DNA of 64,000 bases from Adineta vaga (lineage: Eukaryota; Animalia; Rotifera): positions 11,222,001 through 11,286,000 of the forward strand of contig CP075495.1 in NCBI GenBank assembly GCA_021613535.1, in the 5' to 3' direction. The stretch's first letter is position 1. Every line of letters starts with the position of its first letter. Shown here piece after piece: positions 28,168-40,200 of this stretch. A model generated the notes under the pieces. The model was not told the DNA's origin. It did no database searches and saw only the letters and a program-made list of their open reading frames with translations. Position numbers and translations under genes: made by a program.

Positions 28168-30002
28168 TTAGATTCGAATAGGAGTGTCTGTAGTTTGCGT
28201 TGAAGTATTGACATGAGAATGAACTGACACATTACTAAGTTCATCTTTGGATTTGATATAAGCTGGATTGGTATGAGCACCATGTTCTAATGTCCAATTC
28301 GATTTACGATGTTGACCACAATAAATACGATAAAAAACACCAAGACATAAAGGTATAAGAGCAACTAATACTATTAAGACTATGATAGTATAAACTAAAT
28401 CTAAAACAGTTCCGTGAATAGATTGTTACTATAGGAAGAAGTACACTTACTATTATCACTACGGATAATGTTCCAGTAGTGTAATATGAAATTTTCATTT
28501 TCTTCGACTTCTTCTCCTTCGATTGTTGTTTCGTTTGCTACATTCAAATTACTAATAGTATCCGGTTTTGAAATGATAGGTAAATCTTCAATTGATTCAG
28601 GTTCCTCAATTGGATTACCAGGATGAGGACCAGAAGGAGGAGACTGTACTAGTGGAGCATTTTGTATTGCAGCAACTTGACCTCCATTGGAGATCACTCT
28701 GAAACAAATTGGTAAGGTGACAACGCTGTTTCCTTCGTAAAGAGGTAGATTTTCACCATCGAACCGACGATAACGTGTTGCACTGAAACCAGCTGGAACA
28801 GACAGACTAAAATCATTACAATTCCATCCATATTCAACTCGAATAGATAGATTTAAATTAATATCAGTCACTGCTAAGTGACCTTGAAGGAGGAGAATTT
28901 TCACTTGTTGGGCAGGTGATAATTGACGATTACTCAAAGCCATTTCAATATGACGACCACCAGTTACTGCTACAGTTAAATGTTCAACACGATTCGTCGG
29001 TTGTACATAAGGTGATAATAGAAGAATTTCATCTGTTGATATACTTTCTTCAACAGGACAAAATAGACGTGTAAATCCTGTTGCCAAACATCTGTTTCGT
29101 CCCAAAAATGACATGTAACTATGACATGTTGATGCACCCGTTTCCAATGCTTTCCAATCAAGTGATGTAGATAAAACTTGAACACTATTGATCGAACATT
29201 GATCTGAAAAAATACAAATAAATAATTACATATTAGAATAATCGAATTGAATACATTCAAAGAAAATCTATAAATTTACCTGGCGCATGACGATGCTTTT
29301 CTATATCAAAATGGTAAAGATATGGTAATTGATGAACATTAGTTGTCGTTAATTCAGATGCATCCAATGGATTAATTAATTCTTGTCTGCTAATTTTAGC
29401 AGTTCCTTCTGTATCATCATCATAAATAGGTAAACGAAGACGTAACGTTGGTTGATGTTCAAGTTTTGCATCAAATACCGGTAATTGAAGATCAACATAG
29501 ATTGATGGAACATCTGCTATTGATCGTGTAGTATAATAACGTGAAAGAAATGTAAAATCTAAATCATACGCTCCAACAAGTGCTGTTGTTAATATGATGA
29601 CATTTTTTCTATGAGAAAATTTGAAATTTTACATAAATGTACTTAAATTAAAATAGAAATTATGTACCGTTGCATTGGCGTTCGTCCTTCTAAAATTCGC
29701 TCAAGATATTCTGGAAAGAGGAAAATTTCCGATGAATTCGTATGAAGAATAAGTAAACCAGGACAATCATTACAATAATTTTTACTTTCCACTACTTTTC
29801 GATAGTTAGCATCAAAATCATTGATAAAACATTCTGTACTCTCTTTTACTAAACCTGAACGACGATCAGGCATAATTTGATACCGATGAGTACCTTCTCG
29901 ACGAACTTGACATTCTCCATTGGTAAATGGTAAATGACAACAACTACTTTGAACGTATTGAGGTAATAGAAGAGCGATAATAACGAATATAGAGTACAAC
30001 AT
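28168..30002 (-). CDS. Type I single-pass membrane protein with Cys-containing ectodomain and NPxY cytoplasmic tail
   Basis: Signal peptide MLYSIFVIIALLLPQYVQS. Intron 28401-28450 joins the ectodomain to LVYTIIVLIVLVALIPLCLGVFY (TM) and RIYCGQHRKSNWTLEHGAHTNPAYIKSKDE..PIRI*. Confidence 0.8.
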
Positions 30003-31262
30003 TATAACCAAATGCACGATGAAAAAACTAATTTCATACTTTCTTTCAGTCTTAAATATATTAATCAAAGATAACTGTCTACGTGACTTTCTGTATCATT
30101 TCAAATACGTGAAAAATGTTATCTTATAATCATAGAAAAAAATGAAATTGTATATATTTCTTTTTGATACATATTTTCAAAATTTATCTTTTTTTATTTG
30201 TTTATTTTTATAAAATGTAAGTAATGAGTTGCTCGGTGGGCAGATACATTATTGTTGTTCTAAACGACATATTTTTCGCCCAAAAACAAATTAGCTTAGT
30301 TAAATGCGATATTTTCAGTATTCGAGTAGGCATTGACATATCTAATATCCAAGTTCAAATTATGTACTTTTCTATTAATAGATCAATGGACATACATATT
30401 TACCATTCTCTACTGTCTTCAAAATTTAATTCGAAAGAAATATTCATTCCAAGTGCCGTCTCTTCTCATCATTTTTTATGCATGTATATTATATCGTTCA
30501 ATATAGCTTATTTCATGGAGTATAGAACACATGCGTTAATGAAATAATATCGAAAGACTAACGTGGTTTGATTGATGAAAAATAAAATTCAATACATGTT
30601 ATCAATCACATTGAATCACAAATCGAAATAGTAGTAGAAAAGTATGGAGTACCTGCTGTGTATATGCAATTGATTTTTTATTGCTGTTTGAAGGTTATGT
30701 CAAACGATTATCACTTATAGATACATTATTAAAACTAGTTTTTACATAGAATGAATAAAAAAAACGATATTTTCCTCAAACAATGAATATACAAGATCTT
30801 CTAGGCAAATGGATTTCCGAACTGCAATAGAAATCGTTATGAACTACTATTGCAAGTGATTTGTTTTTGCACCCAAACACACAATTATCAGTATACTTTT
30901 TATCTTGATACAATAACGCAATAATTTCCAAAGGTTACATTCCTTTCAACCAAATCATACTGTTCTCCTTTTTACTCATTCTAAATGTTCGTATAGAGTT
31001 TCTAAATATTCTTTTTCTATAAAATATAAAGTCATGCGTTCCTATTACTAATATGATTGTAAAAAAATGTGTGCAACATTTGTTTACATACATATTTCCA
31101 GTTTTATGCGCCATTGATAATAACAAAAGAAAACTATGAAGACGAAAGAATAACATAATTATTTAAATATGAAAGTTTTACATTATTGGTTTTAAAAGCA
31201 AATATAGAAGGTGAAATGACGATAGAAAACGAGAGAGAGAGAGAGAGCGGGAAAAAAAATGG

Positions 31263-31344
31263 CGACGAGGGTGAGATTCGAACTCACGCGGGCAGAGCCC
31301 ATTAGATTAGCAGTCTAACGCCTTAACCGCTCGGCCACCTCGTC
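31263..31344 (-). tRNA. tRNA-Ser(GCT), copy 2, identical to copy 1
   Basis: Same 82-nt sequence, also followed by CCA and T8. Confidence 0.97.
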
Positions 31345-31727
31345 GAAGCTGACCTTCATTAACTCTTGTTCACATTAACTACTTTCAATGTGAAAATCAA
31401 TCAAAATAAAATTCTTTTCAGCTTTATTTGAAAATATAAATATAAAACGCAAATTTCAACTTATCAGGCGAGCAGTATAAGGATGTTTTCTTCGAAACTA
31501 ATTGAGAATTTCAAATCAATATTATTCTTCGTCCCCGAATGAAAATCATATTTACATATAAGATCAACTATTATCTTGTTAAGTATCCTTTATAGGACAA
31601 CTTGAGCTTAGGATACGTATTCCGAAGAGAATGTTTATTCGATTAAATATGTAGTTTTAAAATCATATAATAGACAAAGAAAATTGATTAAATCAAGTTC
31701 ATAATAGAATGAAGACTATAAAATCAT

Positions 31728-32171
31728 TTAATCTTCATCACTTTCTTCAACAATCTTTTGTTCGTTATTATCAGCAACGAGAATTTCATCGAATTGATCA
31801 TCAGTATTGTCTTCATTGCTGTGACTTTCTGATTCTTGTACTTTGCGAAGAAATTCAAGAGCTTTTGAAAGTTCAGCATCTTCATTCTTTTCATTGGTTT
31901 CAAGAAAGGAAGACTTGACTGCTGTTTTTATTTCATCGCTTTCATCACTTTCAGAACTGATTGTTTTCACTTCATCGACAGTCTTCGATTCCACACTATC
32001 ATCTTCTTCACTGGATGATGCTACCGATTTCATTGCTTAAACAGAAGAAAAACAAAATCATTTTTTTTTAAATATCAAAAATATTCATAGATATATCTTA
32101 CGATTTCCATTGGAATATTGAAATAAAGTAATTAATAAACCGACGGAAAGAATAATGGATAATGTTCGCAT
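31728..32171 (-). CDS. Small secreted, highly acidic low-complexity protein
   Basis: Signal-peptide exon MRTLSIILSVGLLITLFQYSNG spliced to an Asp/Glu/Ser-rich exon ending VEESDED*. Confidence 0.8.
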
Positions 32172-33234
32172 TGTATCCTGTATTTTGATAAATGGATTAG
32201 ATATAAAAATGCCTTCTATGTTTTCGAAAAAAAAATCAATATATATATATATATGCGATAGAGATAGAATGATAAGGGAACAAAAAAATATTGCTCTATG
32301 ACGTCAGTTGAAAGTGAAATGCCAGACTAAGCGAACTATTCGAATAGATGCGCAATAATAATGCTCCCTCCTTCAGATACATTTTTTCTGTTTTATAATC
32401 TATGTTTATTAGAAAACTATTCAAGTATGGGTCATGTTAAACAAAAAGCCTGATCGCAAGTACTCGACTGGATGATAGATAAATATATGCCGACGGGATG
32501 GTTGTTGTTCGAAACTAATTTTATTGAGTTAGAATGAGAAAATGTTGCATATTTAAAAAATGAGAGAAAAGAGAAGATTTAATATTTGCTTGAACGTCGA
32601 CAACAACATTTTGTAGAAGAAGCAAACACGTGTTTCCTTTATGTTATAATAAGCATATGGCTGAAACTGATATTTCTTCTTCATTTTTGACATTCTCTCA
32701 CCTATTACAAAATAATTCAAATATAGACGTTTATTCGAAGCAAATAATTGTCATTGAATTTCTTTCAAAATTATCTTACTAATGGTATATCATCTTTTTT
32801 CACTTTTTTCAAACGATAAAATGCATCTTTGAACGACGAGAATATTGTAAAGAAAATGAATAATTTATTAGGCACAAATGACAATTCTTTCTAATACAAA
32901 ACTATTCAAATTCATCGCTTTTTTTGTTGTTTCTTAGCAAAAATATTTAATGTAATTTATTCTTCCTTTTGAAAAAATTCATTTGTCTTTTATTGAGATC
33001 AATATAATGAATCAGAATAGATTGCAGTATTAATATACATAGTTACACATTAAGTTAATGATATTGTAACTAAGATAAAGAACATTCAATTTTATTATTA
33101 AAAAAACGTTACTGCTATTCGAAATTTAAAAAAAGAAACGTGAGACACAAATTGCTAGGTGAGTTTTTTGGTTTATAACATAGAGAAGATTAATGATGAA
33201 CGTTATCTTCAATATGTGACTGCTATGGATTAAA

Positions 33235-33666
33235 TTAAAGACCTGTTGTCACACCGAATCCAATAGGAACACCCTGTATTTGATTGCCACCACCAAGACC
33301 ACCACCCATAGATGCACCACCATAGCCACCCATTGGCATACCTCCTCCCATAGGTAATCCACCTCCCATCGACATACCACCGAATGGTGAGCCTCCCATG
33401 CCTCCCATGGACATACCACCGAATGGTGAGCCTCCCATACCTCCCATAGACATACCACCGAATGGTGAGCCTCCACCAACTCCTCCTAGACCACCCATGC
33501 CACCAGCTGGAGATGCAAAGGCACCATTAACAAATTGTTGATAAGCAGCGCCAAATTCTGCAGACCATGGAACAACGATGGTCATTTCAGGTCGGTTAGC
33601 ACCATAGCCCATACCACTGCCACTCATCGGTCCTCTACCTATACCTACAGTAGTTCTTGTATACAT
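33235..33666 (-). CDS. Gly/Met-rich low-complexity protein
   Basis: Intronless 143-aa ORF in a GC-elevated island with GGSPFGGMSMGG repeats. Confidence 0.8.
   Translation of the reverse strand: MYTRTTVGIGRGPMSGSGMGYGANRPEMTIVVPWSAEFGAAYQQFVNGAFASPAGGMGGLGGVGGGSPFGGMSMGGMGGSPFGGMSMGGMGGSPFGGMSMGGGLPMGGGMPMGGYGGASMGGGLGGGNQIQGVPIGFGVTTGL
33373..33478. repeat. Coding tandem repeat, three 39-nt units
   Basis: cataccaccgaatggtgagcctcc recurs at about 33373, 33412 and 33451. Confidence 0.9.
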
Positions 33667-35572
33667 GATGTTCGATGTTAGTCACACGAATATATATACT
33701 AAATATAAGTGTTTCTAATACTGTCCTTTTTATGTATCTGTTTTTTATGTATACTGATGAATCGCTAACTGTGCCGTTAATGAGAGTGACGATGAATGTG
33801 GTTATACACTTATCTGTGGCAGAGAGAAACGACGAGAGAAATAGAGAGAGTGAGAGAAAAAGACGAAGATGCACAGAGACATGTGATCAGTCAGCTGGAA
33901 CATAACCTGGTACTCTTACTGATTTCAATGTAGATTTTAACCTTGGACAAAATACAAGAACAAATAATTTTTCTTCCTATTTAGATACTTGAATACGTAC
34001 AAAAAAAACAATAATAAGCGAAAAGAAAAAATAAGATATTTCGCGTGCTCATTCTGCCGTCAACTACATGTTGTAAAAAACCGATTGAAAGTATCGAATC
34101 ATTTGAAAAAGAAAAAAGAGTGCGAAAAAGAGAAAACGGAAAAGAATGATAGACAGACATATATTTATAAGCACCGTTACTAATTAAGAGAAAAAAATGA
34201 AATAGAAAACAACCAGAATAATCAGTACAACACATAATGATGTGGTTTTTTTTTCGTTATTTCTTTTCACACATTTGTATAGATTTATATCAAAAGAATT
34301 TCATATAATAATTGTATGTAATTGACGATCGTATACATATCATTAGATAAACATAAATGATCAAAAGTAAGGAAAAAGAAAACATCGATGTATTTTATTC
34401 GTTTCACAAAAACAGAAAAAAAAAAATTTTTTTATCCTTACTATATCCTTCAATTGATAATTAACAAAAAATATGTCCTTTTACACTTGTTATCACTTTC
34501 AAGGCTAGAAATAAAAACTGAAAATACTACTTGGACATGTCTGATTAAAATTAATGACATTCAACAGTTGCAAAACATTGATCAAAAGAAGAGAATTTAA
34601 TTTTAATAAAAAGAAAATAAATATGCATCATTGTTTTGTATCAATTGAGTATAGTTATCATGTCTTGAAATAATTCTTTAAAAGGTAATTTATTTTTCAT
34701 TTATTTAATATGTAAAATGTACTGTTACCTATAGCTTTGAAATATTAAATTGATTTTGTCCGCCATGTTTCTCTCTATATTTATTTTCTAATTTATTCTA
34801 AATTTAACCTTTTTGTAGAGAATTACTACATATAACCGGTTCTGTAGAATTAAAAATAATACTTTCATACTAGCAATCGTTTTATTTCATCTATTCAATC
34901 GATAGTAGTATTTGCTCGATTCTTATGACAATGTATACGAAATTTTTTAAACTAGAAAAGAAACACCTTGTTTATTTCTTGATATTTTTATTAAATGAAA
35001 AACAAACCTTGAAATTTTAATCAGATAAGAAATTATACCTTGCTCGGTTTTTTCTCTTCAATCCGGAGAAAAAGAATTATTTCTCATTTGTCATCCATAA
35101 CATTGAACAAATCATCATGCATGACATCAATACGAAATGAATGATTTGTCATGCTTCAATAACACTGAACAATCACAATCATAAGGCATACAAAGAAATG
35201 AATAAAAGTAGTGATTTGATAGTTTAAACTCGTCTATGCCTTAAAAACATGACAATATTTCGAATAATATCAATGTAATTTTCCATTCCAAGCCAGAAGA
35301 TTGCGAAAAATAGAAAGAATACAATCATTGATAGATCTTTTCTAACATCAGATTCAATCTCAATTGATTCAATGGAATAACCAAGGGCCATAGCTGTATT
35401 TGATCCATGATCAAAATCTCGTATATAATTTTTAAAAGTTTTTATTAAGTTCATTAAAACAAACAGAATCGCGCCTTAAAAATAGTTATATTGAGCAGAA
35501 AAACAAACAAATTTCTCTTATCTACGTAAAAATGTTTATTTCTTTCTATTGAAAAAAGCGTATATTGTAATT

Positions 35573-36130
35573 TTAACGTTCATATTCATCCAAATTTTCG
35601 TATTTAAGAATATTTGCTGGTCGTGTAGGTGGTTTTGATAAGATTTCTCCTTCTTCACGTATATGAAATTCCCAATTACGAATCGGTTGATGAACATTTT
35701 CGAATGGATAATTGATTTCAAGAGTTTTACCATTTTGTTTTTTCACATAAATTTTTGTAATGATTTTTACCCATCGACAATAAGATTCAGGTAGATCAGG
35801 TTGAAAGATTTTTCTTGGGAAAAATTTTTCATCTTTTGCTGGAATTGTCACGTGAACAACTTCATTAAATGTATCTTCTTCTGGTCGACCATTGTAATAT
35901 ATATCACATTCAATTGGTTGACCAGTACGATTAACAACAAAACATGAGTACACATGAGGGGGTGCACGGGGCATTTTAAATGGTGGTGGTGGTTTGTCAT
36001 CATCATCACTATCGTCGTCAACGACAGGTTTTGATTTATTTTTATTCTGATTATTAAGACTTATCACACCATTTGTATTTGTCGTTGTAAGACCAGTTTG
36101 GGCCAATAGATCGTCAACAGTAGTTGTCAT
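35573..36130 (-). CDS. Hypothetical 185-aa protein
   Basis: Intronless ORF with an acidic/Pro-rich N-terminus and a globular-looking C-terminal half; splice acceptor just upstream of the ATG. Confidence 0.75.
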   Translation of the reverse strand: MTTTVDDLLAQTGLTTTNTNGVISLNNQNKNKSKPVVDDDSDDDDKPPPPFKMPRAPPHVYSCFVVNRTGQPIECDIYYNGRPEEDTFNEVVHVTIPAKDEKFFPRKIFQPDLPESYCRWVKIITKIYVKKQNGKTLEINYPFENVHQPIRNWEFHIREEGEILSKPPTRPANILKYENLDEYER

Positions 36131-37279
36131 TGTTTTTAATAAATCTAAAACAAGTATACCCTACAATAAGGAACGATGAAACAAAATGTTTTGCTTGTAA
36201 GATATAGATAAAAAAACGAGCAAACGAATGAATAAATGAAATAGAGGATATTGTAGATATTCGATAGCGGATAAATACAATGTGCATTCATGCGTTTAGA
36301 TCAGTAAGAAAAAAAATATTTTTTTTTACTAATCCAATCATAAGAAAATATCTTTTTATTTAATACAAGTAAATAGTTAAACTATAGATGCATATTCTCG
36401 AATAATCTGTTATCCAAAATATTAAAAACTATTGAAAAGCGTATGACAAATAATATCGTTGTACTTCTTAAAAAAAGGACCATTTCAGTTGACTTTTATA
36501 GTATGCATATCTTCTATACGAAGGCCAGTTATAATTCTGTGTACGTAAAATGATTGATGATTAACGGTGGGAAATGAATAGGCGAGTCAATAATAACAGT
36601 TTTTTGTGACAGCACGAATGGCGTATGATTATAAATGTATACAGAGAAAAAGAAAGAAGACACCAGCATAAACATAGCTATTTGATTATTCTTTTTGATT
36701 TTTCGTCATTAAAATACAATAGCAAATGTTATCAAATGAGACATTTGTTGAAACGAAGTTTAAAGTAATGAATAATTGATGTAATTGCAAAAAAATGTTC
36801 ATGAGAGAAAAGATATTTAGGACATGAACGTTGAATATGTGTCATCATAATTTTTCATTAAAATAGAATCTTTTATTACATCTATTTAAAATAAATCGAA
36901 TCATATATAATAAGACAAGATGAACACAATCTCATCGTTACTTTATTACTAAGGATTTATCTATGGATAGAATCATCTATTTCGTGATATCGTGATTTTA
37001 ATTATTGTCATCTGTGTTACTACTCGGAACGGAAATCTTATACATATCGACGGATTATATTAGCGCCATCTAGAGAATATTTATTTGTGGTGAACTAACG
37101 TCACTAATCATAGGTGAACCGGGTAATATCATCATTGGGACGAGTCTTTATATTAAACTCAAATTGTCTTTTTTCTTTTCTGAAACATCATAAATAAATT
37201 AAAACAAACATATTTTCCCTCCCATACAAGGAATTCTATTAATTGATTTTTAAAAGGCACATATTCATTTTCTTTAATC

Positions 37280-40200
37280 ATGTCTGTATATACAAATGAT
37301 GTAAGTATCGAAAGAATGTTTGGTTTTTGTAATAATCTTTCTCATTGTAGTATGAGGATGATAATCTATTCGATCGTTCTCCATCCGATGGAGATGACGA
37401 AAGTGAATTAGTTGAATTACAAGCAGACGGTTTTGCTGATTATGTTAATCGTTTGGATACTGAACAAAATGAACGATTAGAAAAAGAAGAACACGAAATT
37501 GTTGAATTATGGAATGCACGAAATACTGTTTTATCTAGAATGGGATCTGTCATACCAGTGATTACTTCACCCATTGAAGAAAATGTATCTATTTCGGAGC
37601 TTGAATCTCCTTACGATGACAATGAATCAATCGTATCACATCAAACAGATTATCCAAAAGTAAACATTCTCTTAGTTAAATAAAACCATTTTTAAATGCA
37701 AAGCTTTTCACTTTGTAGCTTGTACCAAAAGAAGAATTCAAAAGTCCTCGTTTTATTTTTTCCACACGTTTACACAGTCGATCATCATCATCTACAATAA
37801 TACCATCATCATCTTCATTTGTTAATCGAAATATTACTAATCAGAATGGGCGCACATCTTCCATGATATCACACACTCAAGATGATGATCGAAGTTCTGG
37901 TATAAGTAGTTTAATACCAAGTCCAGTACATAGTCCGGTGGTAAGTATACCTTAAAAATCTCTTTTGAAATCAATACAGATCATTTCTATCTTTTTCAGA
38001 TGTGGCGTGCAGAAAAAATTCTTGGTCGAGGTTTATGTTCCTCATCTATTGATTACACACGTATGAATATAGAAGAAATACGTTCAGTTAAACCACACAA
38101 TCGAAATGATACTTGTTCAGAAAGTGATGTTTTTAAAGATGTAAATAAATCAAGTAAACAAGGATTTTTTGCTGCGATGCGTGAACGTATGGAAGCTGCA
38201 TCAGCAGCAGCAGCAGCAGCAGCAGCAGCATCGGTAACAGGAAATGAAACACCATTAAGTTTTGAAGATCAATCTATTAATGTACCATTATTGATTAACA
38301 CAAGAAAGAGTCATTTCGATCATGATGAAGTAAAATAATTTCGTTTCACATACACATTGATTGTTAAGATTAACAAAACCAAAATATTCTTTTCGTAGGA
38401 ATTTGAATATTATCAAACATATATTTTACCAAAAATGATTCAAAAAGAAAAAGAAAGACAAAAACAAGAAACAACCGTTGATTTCTCATTTAAAATTGGT
38501 CTAGATGAACCAAGTACAAATGCAGATGGTATTGTTGTTGAAGATGAACCTCATTTATCAATTATTGTTGATAATAATAATAATGGTTTAAAACGTGTTT
38601 GTACGATATTTGATCAATATCAACTTGTTTGTAAGTTGAATATTTGTACGTTCAATAGAAATAAATCTAGATTTATCTTAGATGATCGAGAAAATATTCT
38701 TCATGATCAATGGTTATATGGTCTGATTTCATATACATTTCTTTTGAAACAATCAGTTAAAATGGTTAATTCATCTGTAATGAAATTACTACAACAACAA
38801 TTGAAACACAGTGATACATTTTGGTTGTCAAATGGATTGAAAAAGCGGCCAATTTTCAATGATTCTTTTTTTAATATTGGTAAGAATATACAAAGATCAT
38901 AATAATTTTTATTTATTTACTTTATTCAGAAGAACCAGTCGTAGTACCATCAGATGGTGTTCCATCTTCATTAACTGGAAATAATCCCACAACTGACCAT
39001 GCACCCGAAAATGACATACCATCAATTCCAGAGACACGTCTAAATAAATTTCGTCAATTAGCTCGTTGTTTTTTTTATATCAATTGTCAAATGGAATGGT
39101 CATCAGGTGCATTAGTAGCAATGAATTTATATTCACCATATGAAAAATTATCGAAACTACCTTATCAAAAATGGCATTTAAGATTTTGTGAAGATTTTGT
39201 AGATTTTATCTATCAAACAAAAGAGAAATCGAATTCAAATTATGAATATGTTAAACGATTACAAGCCAATTTTATTGATAAAAGTGTTATCATCACAACA
39301 AATAGTGAAGGATTTGTGCTCTATATTCAGATGAAAGGCAATGTGACGGAAATGCTAAGTAAGCTTTTTAATAAACAAATTATCTAAAATCCGAATTCAT
39401 GTCGATTTCGTTGAGATAAAAAAATATTAGACGATGATCATTTCATAGGAAAAATTACATAAGATATCTTCTCTAATTAGATCTTGAACCATGGTGGATA
39501 ACACAAAAACGTCGTAAAGAAAATAAACCTGTTATGGGTACAAGTCAAGCTCTTCAACGTCAATCGAATTTAGGGGCACCACAACCAATTTGTTCAACAA
39601 TTCGTATATCTATTAAAATATCTCGAATTAAAAATAGTTCACAAAAGAGAAATAATCCTCGATATGATGATCAGACACTTGAAAAATATGAACATCGTAT
39701 GGATCGTATTGTTATTGATAATATTCGTATGGCATTTCGTGAATTTTTGTCATTTTTTTATCGTCATCGTGTACAAATTTGTTTTGCTGGCTCAATTACT
39801 GAAGTACTTCAATCGCGTTCATTACGTATTGAACGGCCCATATTTAATTCTTTTATCAAGAATTATTCATGGCAGATGTTACTATCAATTGGATATCGTT
39901 TTCAACAACGAGCAACACAAAAATTTATTAATTATTTAAAAACAGTCGAAATTGATAATGATTTCTATCAAGTGAATACACATCGATTTCTAAACAAATG
40001 ACGAATTCTCATAATTTATTTTTACATGTAGATTGCAATTTATATTTGGCGTCGAGCAAAAGAATACCATTTTCTTGATATTGATGAAGAGTTATTGAAA
40101 TTCACCAATCGTTTACTTGAAATTGGGCAAGAGAAAAAAGCAGCACCAACACATGTGGCTTCATTAACAAATCCACCTAGAAATAAAGCTTATGCACCAT

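Noticed and set aside
28304-28498. Hydrophobic ORF suggesting a frameshifted TM segment
   Set aside because: An intron at 28401-28450 gives a cleaner TM and tail in another frame.
35224-35454. 76-aa ORF
   Set aside because: No family signal or linked exons found.
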